A model generated the notes under the pieces. It was not told the DNA's origin. It saw nothing but the letters and a program-made list of their open reading frames with translations, and ran no database searches. From Lytechinus pictus (Eukaryota): a stretch of DNA of 64,000 nt. This document shows positions 1-12,660 of the stretch, one piece after another. Location of the stretch: assembly GCF_037042905.1 (NCBI RefSeq), contig NC_087246.1, positions 124,001-188,000 of the forward strand, given 5' to 3'. Position 1 is the stretch's first letter; each line of letters opens with the position of its first letter. A program made the translations under genes and the position numbers.

Positions 1-387
1 TTCCTCCTAATCAAGGATTTTATTTTGAAAAATTCATAGCATTACACAGACAAATGTTAAAAATAATTACAATCATGAACTTTTGACAATGAAAATTATA
101 CAATTAAATATAATATAACAAACAGTATGGGAAATTTTTATCTTCTCTTTGTCTTATATTATTTAGTATTATCCTTTTTTTTCAAATCTCTCTTTCAAGT
201 AAGAAAACAAGACTGTAATTTCTTTAATCAAAACCAAGTGAATTTCTCTCGAAAATCAATTAATAAATACTCCATAATGCAATGAATATCATCAAATCTA
301 AGTAAGTATTTTCCAATGTTAATAAGTAACCCATATTGATTTCTATTTCAGTATGGAATAACTTTTAATCAAATACTTAATGAAAGT

Positions 388-1217
388 AACAAGGCATAAG
401 CAATGACGTGTCTCACCCACTTGTGAAAATGACCAGAAATATCACGATTTGCAAGGGCACGCAACAGTATCAAAAGTTCATTGTATAATAACTGGGATGG
501 AATAACATTTGTCGTAAAAGTCTTGCATGAAAACTTTAATGCTGACCTCAAAATGACATTTTACCTTACCATGAGACCTCCAAACACAATAACATGCAGG
601 TCTCCTAAGTACATGTACATCAACAACCCAAGTTTGGGTGAAAAAAGATTTTCGGTTTCAGAGTTGAGTGTCATAAGAGTCTTGCATGTAAACTTAAATG
701 TTGACCTGAAAATGATCTTTGACCTTACCATGTGACCTCCGACTGCAGCATAACATGCAGGTCCCCTTAGTACATTTACCATCTAAGTTTGGTTGAAAAG
801 TGACTTACATGTACGGTTGCAGAGGTATGTGTCATAAGAGTCTTGCATGTAAACTTTAAAATTGAGCTGAAAATGACCTTTGACCTTACCATGTGACCCC
901 CACTGTAGCATTAAAAGCAGGTCCCCTAAGTGCACCTACCATCTAATTTTGGTTGAAAAGTGACTTATGGTTGCAGAGTTATAGGTCATAAAGAGAGTTT
1001 GCATGTAAACTTTAACGTTGACCTGAAAATGACCTTTGACCTTAACATGTGACCTCTGACTGCAGCATAACATGCAGGTCCCCTAAGTTCATCTACCATC
1101 CAAGTTTGGATGAAAAGTGACTTATGGTTGCGGAATTATGTGTCATAATGTTTTTGGCGGACGAACGACATTTGGATTCCCAAGTCTCGCCTTCACCTCT
1201 GGTGGGCGAGACAAAAA
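388..1217. mobile_element. Non-autonomous Helentron/DINE-1-like element with internal ~120-bp tandem repeats
   Basis: Starts AACAAG..GTCTCACC and ends with a GTCTCGCC..GGCGAGAC hairpin followed by AAAAA. Contains about 4-5 tandem units with TGACCTTTGACCT. No TSD. Same architecture as 12661-13476. Confidence 0.6.
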
Positions 1218-1653
1218 GAGATTTGTTTTCCTCGCAGTCAAACTACAACTATCACTGAAGGTGATTAATACCCCTTCCTTCCTCCATTACCATGGCAACA
1301 GTATCCAACACATGGTAAAAAATATGCCTTCCCCATATTTCCCCAAGATTTATGTGTGAGCAAAATATCCTGAAAATGGGTTTTAAAATACTGATGAAGT
1401 AGTTTGAACCGCAAGATTTTTGCTTAACTTGGGGCCTTAAATATGTTGTTACCATGGCAACACAACTTTCGACACACACAAAATGTGTCTCACACAACTT
1501 TACCTTGAAACCTATGTATGAGCCAAATTTAATGAGAATTTGTTGAAAATTGATGAAGTAATTAAAACTGAAAGTTTTTTATCAAATTTTTTGTCATATG
1601 TTGTTACCATGGCAACATGATTTCTGACACACACACCTTTACATCAGTCCCCA

Positions 1654-2229
1654 GTGGTAGCCAACATGTTCATGGAACATTTCGAGGAGACAGCTCTCCA
1701 GTCAGCAACCCACAAACCCAAAGTGTGGCTTAGATATGTGGACGACACTTTTGTGGTTTGGCAACATGGAGCTGAGGAAACTAGCAATTTCTTACAGCAC
1801 CTCAACTCTCAACACGAGTGTATCAAGTTCACCATGGAAATGGAGAATGAGGGGTCTATCCCCTTTCTTGATACGAAGCTTACGAGGACGGCACAGGGAT
1901 CCCTATCCCATCAGGTTTCTCGCAAACCTACTCACACTGATCGCTACTTGAACTATCGTTCATTCCACCACCCATCAGTGCTGAGATCCACCAACAAGAC
2001 ATTAGTCAAACGAGCCCACAAGGTTAGTGACCAGATCCACCTGAGCGGTGAGATTGAGCATATCAAACGTGTTTTGAAATATAACAACTACCCCTCACAT
2101 AAGATCTCCACTGAGCTTCCCCCCCTCACGGAACCCTCATGTAGGACAGCCCAAGGCGAGAGTCGTTCTTCCATATCTGGGAGCAGCCTCTCACAAGATT
2201 CAGAGGATTTTGAGAGAAACCGACATTGA
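1654..2229 (+). pseudogene. Penelope-type reverse transcriptase C-terminal half/thumb (frame lost near ~2110-2210)
   Basis: YVDD catalytic motif and the PLE-typical RKPTHTDRYLNYRSFHHPS segment. The translation drifts out of frame after ~aa 150. Confidence 0.9.
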
Positions 2230-2572
2230 GGTTCGTCATAGTTCCTCAAATAAGATTCAATCTGCCCTCACTACCCATAAGGACAAGCGCACCTCCAAGG
2301 ATCTCCCTGGAGTTTACCGAATTCCTTGTGAATGCGGTAAACTTTACATCAGAGAGACTGGTCGTTCCTTTAACATTCGGATTAAGGAACACAAGGCCCA
2401 TGGTAAGAGAGACGAGAGGGACAAGTCTGCAATCATTGATCATGCTCAAACGCATGATCACCGGATCCTCTGGGATGAAAGTAGACTGGTCACTCGTGTC
2501 CCCTACTGGCATCAGCGGAGAGTCAGAGAAGTGTTGGAGATTGAGGAACAGCGGCCTCCAACTCAGCAATAG
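2210..2572 (+). pseudogene. Penelope GIY-YIG endonuclease domain
   Basis: PGVYRIPCECGKLYIRETGRSFNIRIKEHK...SAIIDHA...H.I.W...RRVRE; YIG is altered to YIR. Confidence 0.9.
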
Positions 2573-2863
2573 ACAAAGAGGCTAATTAGCCTACCGGGAC
2601 GTTCCACACACATGTGAGCACTGCAGTGTACAGGCGGAAGTGGTGGCTTTTGTCATTCATGCTAATCCTAGCGGGAATGATAACTGACGGCAATTCCGGT
2701 CGTCGCTGGTTTTGCGCGCCCAATTTTGTGTGTTGTCACCCACGTCTGCATATGTGGATGTCATGCGACTTATCTAGCCAATCAGAGACATGTACCTGCA
2801 AGGTACCGTGCATACAGCACTTCGACAGAGTATATAAGGCCTGCTTTTACAAACTTTGCTCAT

Positions 2864-2905
2864 TCTCCTGAGGACGACAAGAACACACTTGTCGAAACGT
2901 CGAGA
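2864..2905 (+). ncRNA. Minimal type I hammerhead ribozyme motif (Penelope-associated)
   Basis: TCTC-CTGAGGA-C-GACAAG(aacaca)CTTGTC-GAAA-CGT-C-GAGA: stem I TCTC/GAGA, CUGANGA and GAAA cores, 6-bp stem II, palindromic ACGT stem III. Confidence 0.8.
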
Positions 2906-2989
2906 TTGGGTGGTCCTTTTCAGGACCAACACTTGCCCAAGAAGATACATGGTGTACTGTGAAACCTACTACACTATACATCAATACCA

Positions 2990-5900
2990 TTGTGTGTACC
3001 AAACTTCATGAAAATTGGTTACTAACACATCAATGATGTGGAGCTCATCCTGCATCTCGCAACAAAATTTAACACAATTTTTAATTTCAGCCGAGTTGAC
3101 ACTGTATTGGTGACATAAATTGAGGAAACAGAATTGAAAGTGATGAAGAAATGAGTAATGACATAGAAGAAGCTTTTCTTGTGTTTTATTAATAAATTTT
3201 GTATAAATAAGCATAAATAATTTTCTAGTCAAAATTTCTAAATTCTGTGTAGAACCTTGGTGAACCTCATGTAGCTCTCAGATGAAACCCAACAAATCAA
3301 AAGAAGTCAACAAATAATTTTTCTGTTGAAAAATATGCATAAATAAGCATATTTAATGAATTTCAAAATTCTGTGCTGAAATTTTGTATTGCCACCTAGA
3401 GCTATCATATAAAGCAAACAAATTTGAAATTGATCAACAAATGAAGGAGAAAAGGCATTTTTTGTGAGTTATGAATAAATTTTGCATAAATAAGCATAAA
3501 TGAGTTTCTAGTCAAAATTCTGTGTACAAGTTTGGTGAACCTCATGCAGCTCTACCAGATGGAAGAAAAATTAAAAATCGGTCAACAATTAAAAGCATTT
3601 TAAGTGAATTTTTAAAAATACACATAAATAAACATAAAAATTTTCTAATCAAAATTTCAAAATTCTGTGTAGAAGTTTGGTGAACTTCATGAAGCTCTAC
3701 CAGAAGAAAGCAAAAAATCAAAATCGGTAAACAAATAAAGAAGGAGAAGCATTTTTTTGTATTGAAAAATGTGCCTAAATTATAGCATATGGGCAATTCC
3801 ACAGGTTGGTGGACATGAGCTTAAAAATTCAAATTCAATCTTTTCTTGAATTTTTAATACTTTAAGTCCTTCATGCATGATAGTTTCAGGAACAAGAAAT
3901 AAAAAGTTTATTTTCATATGTATACTTTGGAAAAAAATGGTCAAAAGTTGTGTCTTCCTTTCTGTACCAAAATACAAGAAAAATAGTGAAAAATGAAATA
4001 TGCCTTATTACCATTTTGTTATTGCAACAACGTACCACTTTATATATTTCTGAAGTTTAGAAGAGTCAAATTACCTAAAATACACAACAGCTTTTCAATT
4101 AAATTTGTAGTACTCATTCAAAAATGAATATTGCAACCCGCTCAGGTGATGTAACGTGAGTAACCGAAAAAACTGACTTTGTTTTCTGAGAGAAAAATTC
4201 TTCACAGTTAATTGGTGGGATTTTAAATTCTCTTCCTTCAAACAATCTTTGACACAGTAATGACTATCAAAATCATTAAAAAGTACAATTTTTTATAAAA
4301 ATGATGAAGAAAAACTGTAACGTGAGTAACTTTGTAACGTGAGTAACCATCATGTAATGTGAGTAACCAGTAAAAATTATGCAGTTAGGTAACATTTTCT
4401 GTGGGATGTCAAGTTTTAAGTCTCATGGTTAGTTGTGAAGTTATTTTTGATTAATTAAAAGCAAAATGAGGGTACACCTCTTTGATGTGACTCTTTGTTC
4501 ATCAAAATATCAGTGGTCATACAATCACACACAAAATTGAATATTAGTAGAAGTATTCACAATGCGAGAGTGCATTAGTAAGACTTGGTTTCGATTATTC
4601 CAAACTTTAAAGAGTGTTCGAACAACACATTGAATGTCCTTACCTGTAACCCTATCTAGGCTGGGGTATTTTGGGAGTTAATATGGCCCGGGGGGGGGGT
4701 GGGTGGGGCCTCCCAGGTCCCCCTTGAGATCTCCGCCATTGGCCGCACGATCACGCCGAAAATTTGCACGCAGGTTGTCTTGGACATAATCTACAATACT
4801 ATACAGTAATTTATTTCATGCAAATTGGTATTAAGCAATTATGCTAATTTATGCATAATTAGTAAGCAAAATCATACTTTTCCCTCTTCCTCCCTAATAA
4901 AGCTCCAATTGTTCCAATTTTTTGTATAAAATCTCTTTTTGATGTTCCTAGCAATGAATTTTACACACATTATTGAATTTTTAGTGACATTTATGTTGTT
5001 GACCATACATGGACAAAATGTAACGTGAGTATAAACCGTAACGTGAGTAACCACTTTATCTACACCCCTAGTAAAAACCATATGTTCTTTATTTTTTTTA
5101 ATTATGTACAAAGTTTGTCTCCCTAATATACTTCTTTGAAATGGATATAATCAACTTTCATAAAAGCCTTGTATGAGGAGACTTTTCACTTATGTCGACT
5201 TATCATTTTATGCATGTCCAAATCATGTAACGTGAGTAACCGACACATTCCAAAGATTTGCCAGGAGCATAATAAAATTTCCCAAGTTTTGTTTTTATAC
5301 AAAGGATAGTCAGATTGTGTACTTTGTTGTGATAAGGAGATGTTTAGTTCCTATCAATAATAATGGAGTTACAGCTCCAAGTATGAGTCAAGGTGTCTCC
5401 AAATGTAACGTGAGTAACCGTGGAATAGCCCATATATATTTAATGAGTTTCAAAATTCTGTGTAGAAGTTTTGAATCCCCAACCTAGTGCTATCATATAA
5501 AGCAAACATAATTGAAATCAGACTTAAAATGATGAAGAAGAAACTTTTTTGAAATTCGGTCAACAAATAAACGAAGCATTTTCTGTGATTTATGAATTTC
5601 GTATAAATTAGAATATTAAATAATTTTCTACTCAAAATTTCAAAATTCTGTGTACAAGTTTGGTGAACCTCATTAGCTCTACCACATGGTATAAAAAATT
5701 GAAATCGGTCAAAAAATAAAGAAGAAGAAGCATTTTACAAATGTATGTGAACTTTTTAAAATACGCCTTAATTAGCATAAAAATCTTTATAGTCAAAATG
5801 TCAAAATTCTGTGTAGAAGTTGGTGAACCTCATGAAGCTCTACTAGATGGGAAGCAAAAAAAAACAAAATCAGTCAACAAATAATGAAGAAGCATTTTTG

Positions 5901-6116
5901 GTGAATTTTGAAAAATGCACATAAATTAGCATATTTAATGAGTTTCAAAATTCTGTGTATAAGTTTTGAATCCCCAACCTAGTGCTATCATATAAAGCAA
6001 ACAGAATTGAAATCGGACTTGAAATGACGAAGAAGCATTTTGAAATTGTGGACAGACGACGGACGCCATGCCACGTCATAAGCTCATCTGGCCCTTCGGG
6101 CCGGATGAGCTAAAAA
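2990..6116. mobile_element. Helentron-like element with degenerate tandem repeats (AAAATTCTGTGTA..GGTGAACCTCAT units), interrupted by 3791-5431
   Basis: Repeated units lie on both sides of the insertion. Terminal hairpin AGCTCATC..GGCCC ttc GGGCC..GATGAGCT then AAAAA at 6081-6116. Left boundary is approximate. Confidence 0.5.
3791..5431. mobile_element. Non-autonomous DNA transposon (Sola1- or ISL2EU-like)
   Basis: TIRs GGGCAATTCCAC / GTGGAATAGCCC with ATAT on both flanks. About 8 dispersed TGTAACGTGAGTAACC motifs. Contains a fragment of the piggyBac-like MITE at ~4650-5000. Confidence 0.75.
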
Positions 6117-6782
6117 ATTGAGAAAGTAGTTTGAACTGCAAGATTTTTACCTTATTTTGGGCAAAAAATACCGCTAGCAACACAATTTTCAACACATGTA
6201 TGCAAAAAGTGTGTCTTGCACATCTATACCCCAACACCAATATGTGTTCCAAGTTACATGAAAATCAGTTAAAAACTGAGGATTAGTTTGATGCGCAACA
6301 TTGCAACGGACCGACCGTACGCTGATTCCTATATACCCCCTTCAAACTTCAGTCTGGCGGGAGTATAAAAATGCATGATTAATTTCTTCTTCAATATCAC
6401 AATTTAAATATGAATTACCATTGATTATATTCCACTTGCAAAGGTTTCGTCAGGTGGGAAGTAAATTATATTCTCGAAGTCTATTATCGTCAACCTTTGA
6501 CCTTGGTCATGCGACCTGAAATTTGGACAAGATGTTCAGTGATACTTGATTACCCTTATGTCCAAGTTTCATGAAATAGGTCAATATACTTTATGATGAC
6601 ATTTCAAAACCTTAACCTTCATGAAGATTTCAATGTTGACGACACCACTGTTGCCATCGGAAAAGCAGTCTCACTTTGCAATGAAGGCAAAATTACAAAG
6701 TGTTGGCAGGTTTTACTTTGTTCAATTGTTCAATTATTATGACATGTACAACATTTTTTTTTTTCGTTTGGGGCATACTTAC

Positions 6783-6902
6783 AACCAAGAACTGTCTGAT
6801 GACAAGGATTATGACTATGACTAAAATGTAGCTTCCAACAGCAATGACAACAATGACTGGAATTGGTAAGGCAAGTTCGCTAACTGGGGTTTCTTCCACT
6901 GA
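6783..6902 (-). CDS. Coding exon 2 of a small single-pass membrane protein (SVEETPVSELALPIPVIVVIAVGSYILVIVIILVIRQFLV)
   Basis: Pyrimidine tract plus TACAG acceptor, 120-bp phase-0 open exon, GTAAGT donor, and a clear transmembrane helix followed by Arg. Confidence 0.8.
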
Positions 6903-7007
6903 CTGTACATATATGAAAAAAAAAAAACGTTAATCAAATAAATATTGTTAACCATACTCTTAAATTGTTCTGAAGCCTGCAAGAAAATACAGAAAATCTA
7001 GTTTAGA

Positions 7008-7070
7008 TGGTCCTTTTCAGGACCAAACACATACCAACAAAAGAATATGTGGTGTACCATGAAGACTCCA
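7008..7070 (+). repeat. Short fragment of the Penelope 3' end
   Basis: TGGTCCTTTTCAGGACCAA..TGGTGTAC..TGAA matches 2911-2968. Confidence 0.7.
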
Positions 7071-7703
7071 TTTGAGTTGTCTAAATCTGGATGTTTAATG
7101 AAGTCTTTAAAAAAGGGAAGTATCAATTGTTTAAATGACCTTTGCTCTGGCCCTGATCCACTGATATTGTACATCTACAAACTTCCATTCTAAGTCTGAA
7201 TGAAATCGTTAACGTGAAATGTGGTGTACCATGTACAGGTTGCGTACAAATAATTATATACATGTTATCACACAACATTTAACCCTATAAGGCTAAACAT
7301 TGGAAGCAGCAGATGAGTTTACCAGGATACACCTTAACAGTGGATTAAAAAAAAAATCACCTAAAAGGCGTTCATTAGACATTAGACACAATCACATCTC
7401 AAACAGTAAAACATATTGAACCCTGGTGGAGGCTTCATCAGGCATCATGGTGTACATGTACATGTAGTTCTGACTCCCATTTCTAAATCAGAGGGTATTG
7501 AGTTCAAATCCTACTCAGAGCGTCAATTTTCTTCAGCAAGAATGTTGTCCTTATTGTGCTACACCCAACCCAGGCCAGGTAAACAGGGAACTAGCAGGAA
7601 CGCTATAGAGGTCCAGGGTAATTTTTTTAGAGACTTCTGATAAAGCAAGCGAGAGCGCTATTGAAGCAAACATTTTGAAATTATTACAAGCGGTGATACT
7701 CAC

Positions 7704-7712
7704 ATCAGCCAT
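7704..7712 (-). CDS. Coding part of exon 1 (Met-Ala-Asp) of the same membrane-protein gene
   Basis: AAAC-ATG-GCT-GAT then a GTGAGT donor. Good start context; phase 0 matches exon 6902-6783. Confidence 0.65.
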
Positions 7713-9631
7713 GTTTTATGTTTACTTGGAGAATTGTTTCCTTTCCATCTCTGCTAAATGACTTGCTAGGAGGAGGCTATAATTAAAGAAATTGCCAAGC
7801 CACACACATGGACCTATTTGTGGCAAAAAGGAAGAAAACATGTACAACATGTAATTCAAATATTACATGTGCACTGCATGATACTATAAAGGCTATGAAC
7901 TAATAATATCTCTCCAATGCATAAAATGGCCAAAACAGGTACCTATGAGGGCTTATTTTATTTACTCGCGTTCGCGTCGCGTTGGAAATCACTCGCGTTT
8001 TGGATTTTTTGTGATTTTTTTTTTTCATTTCGGTGCGATTTTTTTTTCTAACGGTGTCTTCAATGGGAAAAGAAAATGAAATTGAAATTCGAGTTTCGTT
8101 TTGAGCCGGCAATTAAGTGCCTTGAATAAAATGTACTCGACTACTATGTATATAAAGTAACAATTTTGTTGGTCCCCAGGTGGGTGTTTCATCAATATTG
8201 TCGCGCGACAACTGTCAGCGCTGACTAAAAATTGCATTTCACGAAACTCTCGGAGCCCCTCTGACTATTGTCAGAGAATTTTTATTTTACAAATCGACTT
8301 GAACGGTTTTCGCTGACTAATTAGGCCACGCCCACTTCCAAAGTCGGTCGTGAAAAAAGATGATTTAGTTCGTTGATGTTTTCGCCGCTACGATTCGAAA
8401 TGAAATGAATAAATTAGTAGAAGCGAAGGTCCCCGGTGTCGTGAATGAGGATTTTACCGAAGTAAAACCCTTCAAAATGTCGTTCATATTGTATGTAAGG
8501 TGATTGAATTATTTGTGGTGCATAATTATCAAATGAATTACAAGAAAAGAAAATCTTCTGGCAGGACCCCTGTTGATACGATCGATAAACTTGACAATAC
8601 ATAATCCAGTCTAGTCCCATACCCGTGTTTCTGTCTGTAGAACTATTTCAGGTCCAGACTAACGTTGATCCGCACATGGCTGCAATTTTATAAATTTTGC
8701 AAAGAGAATTCTTTATATTGTTTTTTCTTTATGTCATTCTATGTTACAAATCGTGGTTTTTCATTTCCTTTGGTTTTGCATTAATTTTGTCGCTCGGTGT
8801 GGTCGGAGATATCCTCGATCACCAGGCAAACCAGCGTGTGCAATTGTTAATGTACACTTATCCAATGGGGCCATCCCAATTTCGTGTTACAGATATTGTA
8901 ATTGAACAAGAGCTAAATCACATGGTAATAATGTGGGTGGTAAATTGGATGTTCTTAATTAGCAAGTCACAAGTCAAATGAAGTGAAGGCTCTCGACAGC
9001 AGGCGAGGATTCTGGGGGGGATGATGTGGCGTTCACACCCAATAAAGATTAAAATCTATATATATAATTATACATGTAGATCCAAGTTTTAAATGGTGCA
9101 CCCGTGGCCGTACTAGTAGTAGTATAGGACATAGATCGAGGCCTAACTTTACTACTGTACTAGAATAGGCCTAGATCTATCTTTAATTATCTTTGACTTT
9201 GTGCACCCACGTGAAATGAGCCATTCCATAGCTCCCTTTTAAAAAAAAGATTGTCCAATTTGGGGGGAGACGAAATAATGCTCTTCATTTGTGTGCGATA
9301 ATGAAGTTTGTTTTGCTTTTTTTTTCTTAGTCAATTTTTTAGACAAATTACTAATTAGCACCCTATGAATTTTGACTCTCAATCTGCAATATCATTGGTG
9401 TTGTTTGGGTAAATAAATTAAATTATTGTTGATAGTGTCTCTTAATCTATTTTTTGAAAATATTATCCAAAAGGGGGGGGGGCAAATTTTTCGTAGGTAA
9501 ATTTTGACAAATCAAGGAAATTTCTTACCAAAAAAAATTGACAACCCCCCCAAATTTTTTTTTTAATATAGAAAAGGTCTGCACTTTTTAATTTTACTTT
9601 TCAAAAAGAGGGGGGGGGGCACATACCCCCT

Positions 9632-9751
9632 AGATCCGTGCCTGGTCATACCTAACCTTAAATAGCATGTAAAAGTTAAAGGTCTCATCAAGATCGGTGC
9701 CTGGTCATACCTAACCTTAAATAGCATGTAAAAGTTAAAGGTCTCATCAAG
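9632..9751. repeat. Two-copy 59-bp tandem duplication
   Basis: AGATC.GTGCCTGGTCATACCTAACCTTAAATAGCATGTAAAAGTTAAAGGTCTCATCAAG repeated at 9632 and 9691. Confidence 0.9.
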
Positions 9752-10512
9752 CCCAAGTATTTTTTTGCCTTGAATCTCATATTAAAGTTCCATTGAACAA
9801 AGGTCAAAGTCCAGAAATAGTTGACAGTTTGATGGGGATGCAATTATTTGCTGCAATTATGAATTAGGAGCCTATTCATTTTTTATTAATTTGATCATGG
9901 CTTTTTACCAGCAAGGTATCCAAGCTCTATTTGGTTAGAAAATTTTTTTATTTTATTTGAATAAAAAAATATTATTGAAAAAAATTATTTGTATGGTTAA
10001 TGTGTTAATGACTGTCTTGTTTATAATTAAGTAAAAATTATACGAATTAACAAGGACAAATTGTTGACTGATTGTTGGTAAATTCTAGAAATTTCAGGAT
10101 AATAAAAAAAAAAAAATGATTGGTATATTTGATCATTCCCCTTTATGAAATGTCAACAATATTCATTGAAAGTGCAATATTTTTCCATGATCACTGTGTA
10201 AATCTACATATTTTCTTTGATACATGTATATCAATGTGATATTATCAATATTTTAATTTCAGACTACGGACGTTTGAACAATATGCAGAAGAAGACGAGT
10301 CTTGAACTAGAAAGCTAGGCTCTGACTGGTCTACTACAGCAAGGAATGTGCCAGTGGCCAATCTGATGAACATGTGGCAGAAGATTTGGCAATGGGTGAA
10401 GAAATACTGAGATTTAAATGCAACCACAGGTAACATGTAGACTAGTAAAATGCGATAATGATTACAAAATAATGAAAGATATTGTTTAGGTTGCAGAATG
10501 TTAAATCATTAA

Positions 10513-11096
10513 AGGGATGGTCCGGGCTGAAAATATTTATATGTTAATACATAGAGTAGAATTCACTGAGCAAAATGCCAAAAATTTCATCAAAATCGGA
10601 CAACAAATAATAAAGTTATTGAAGTTTAAGGTTGAGCAATATTTTGTGAAAACAGTCATCATGAATATTCATTAGGTGGGCTGATGATGTCACATCTCCA
10701 CTTTCCGTTTTCTTATGTTATTACATAAAATCATAATTTTTTCATTATTTCATACTTGTGTGAAAAGTATGTCTCCCTTATAATGAAATAAGTTGCAGTG
10801 CTCAATAAATATCTAACGCACTAAATCAGTTGTCAATCCAATTTTTCTAGTTCTTAAAGAATTTTTTTTTTAATAAACTTAATTTCATATAATACAATAC
10901 AAAAGAACAATTGGAGATGTGACATCATCAGCCCACCTAATGAATATTCATGATGACTGTTTCCACAAAAATATTGCTAAACTTTAAAATTCAATAACTT
11001 TGTTATTTGTTATCCGATCTTGATGAAATTTTCGTCATTTTGCTCAGGCAATTCTACTCTATTCAATTATACATACTTTTAGCCTGGACCATCCCT
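10513..11096. mobile_element. Kolobok-like palindromic MITE
   Basis: TTAA on both flanks. TIR AGGGATGGTCC.GGCT extends as an imperfect inverted repeat for about 190 bp. Confidence 0.85.
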
Positions 11097-11639
11097 TTAA
11101 AACCCACATCAATGACAATGAAATCAGACTGACCAGATTTTCTATTTAAAGTCAGTTTGTAATGCAAACATTCGTAAACATGAAAGATATGTAAAAGATT
11201 CAAAATGTTTTGCATGTTAGCTGCAGGGTCAGCGGAACGGTTTTGAAAGTGAGGGGGCTGAGCCGAAAGTGTGGGGGGAGGGGGGACTGACCATGCAAAA
11301 AATCATAAGCAGACCAGTCAATTTTACATTTTTGTACATGGTTTTGGAAAACAGTGCGGGGGCTGAAAAATGTTAAATGACCATCTGGTTATGTTTTTTT
11401 GCACGGTCACCTCGCTCACTTTAAAAACCGTTCCGCTGACCCTGCAGCTAACAAGCACCCCCCTCCCCGTTTCCGCAGCCCCTGCTCTCACCCCTCAATC
11501 CATTTATCACTTCTTGCTCATGTGTATGTACATACAAGTTACATTGTGAGGAATAATTTCTCTATTTCAGTTTCTCAGCCAGAGCATATGTCATTTACTA
11601 TTGTTTGTATTTTTTATTAACATAATAAAAACTTGAACC

Positions 11640-12060
11640 CTTTATTTACTCCCTTCTACATGAAACCTGGTAATCAAAACATGTTTTATTTCCTGTTTAT
11701 TTACGTGTACGGGTCGGCGTGCACTGCCAGGTAAGGGGGGCAGTGCACGCCGACCCGACCGAGCGAGGGACCGCTCAGCTAGTCAACCCCCACCCACGGG
11801 AAACTAGCGAGCCCGCCAATTTTGTCTTATTTGCATATTGCCGACTCGCGGCGTATTTGCATATATACCTCCGGCTTATTTGCATATACGCCCGACCAAT
11901 CACATAATGGATCAGTGCCCACCTATTGTTCCCGCGTTCGTGCGTACGGTCCTGGGGATTGGTATAAATTGACTACCGTATCAGATAATTTTCGTCACTT
12001 GATAAAGAGTTGCAGCGGCACTCGAAAGCTCGTGAACTTGTAAGCTAGTGAACACTTTTT
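11640..12060 (+). mobile_element. Non-coding Penelope pLTR/retrozyme-like fragment with promoter motifs and hammerhead
   Basis: Three ATTTGCAT octamers, CCAAT, TATAAA (11963), then a hammerhead motif about 30 nt downstream. Same TATA-then-hammerhead layout as 2831-2905. Boundaries are approximate. Confidence 0.5.
11995..12035 (+). ncRNA. Minimal hammerhead ribozyme motif, U3-A8 core variant
   Basis: TCAC-TTGATAA-A-GAGTTGC(agcg)GCACTC-GAAA-GCT-C-GTGA: stem I TCAC/GTGA, palindromic AGCT stem III, compensated C3U/G8A core. Confidence 0.65.
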
Positions 12061-12607
12061 GCGAGAGTGATCACAAATTTCCTTGTTGACCATAGTAGAT
12101 TGCGAGACAAATGAATACCCTCTAGCGATTATTTCATCGTGCAATAATGAACCTATTTAGTATTACATAATACATGTGAGAAGAAATACAAGATTATGGC
12201 AAATATTTTAATTAGTTATTTCAATACTATTTTTCCTTCAGGTGGAGGCTTCACCCAAACTTTTCAGACAGACATGAGATACAAAGTTACTCAAGTATAA
12301 ATGGTTGAAGGTTTTAGGAGAGCCAGACAAGAAGGCAGGAAATGTGATGTCACTTGTAAGTAAAACACTCTTAATCATGACTGCCTCACTTTGGCGAAGT
12401 AAAGTCACATTAAAAAAAAATTAAATTACTGGTAGTCTGGTACTCATTTCCATTCCATTCCTTGTTTTTATTTGGCAATAAGTCATTATTGACTATTTTT
12501 GCCACCCACTGTATGAAAATTAGGGTAACAATTTTATTTATTATTATTATTTTTATATTACTTTTTTTTTATTATTTCTTGTATATTCACTCCTTTTTTT
12601 TTTCATG

Positions 12608-12642
<35 letters not shown>

Positions 12643-12660
12643 AAATACATATATGAAACA

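Larger units (their letters stand above)
1640..2975 (+). mobile_element. 5'-truncated, frameshifted Penelope-like retroelement (RT + GIY-YIG endonuclease + 3' pLTR-like region)
   Basis: RT motifs SPVVANMFMEHFE, WLRYVDDTF, FTMEME..IPFLD and RKPTHTDRYL. GIY-YIG motif GVYRIPCECGKLYIRETGRSFNIRIKEH. Followed by a TATA-like TATATAAGG (2831) and a hammerhead motif. Confidence 0.93.

Noticed and set aside
1..380. Possible L1/Tx1 ORF2 3' remnant on the minus strand (LDLMIFIALWSIY)
   Set aside because: Too degenerate to support by eye.
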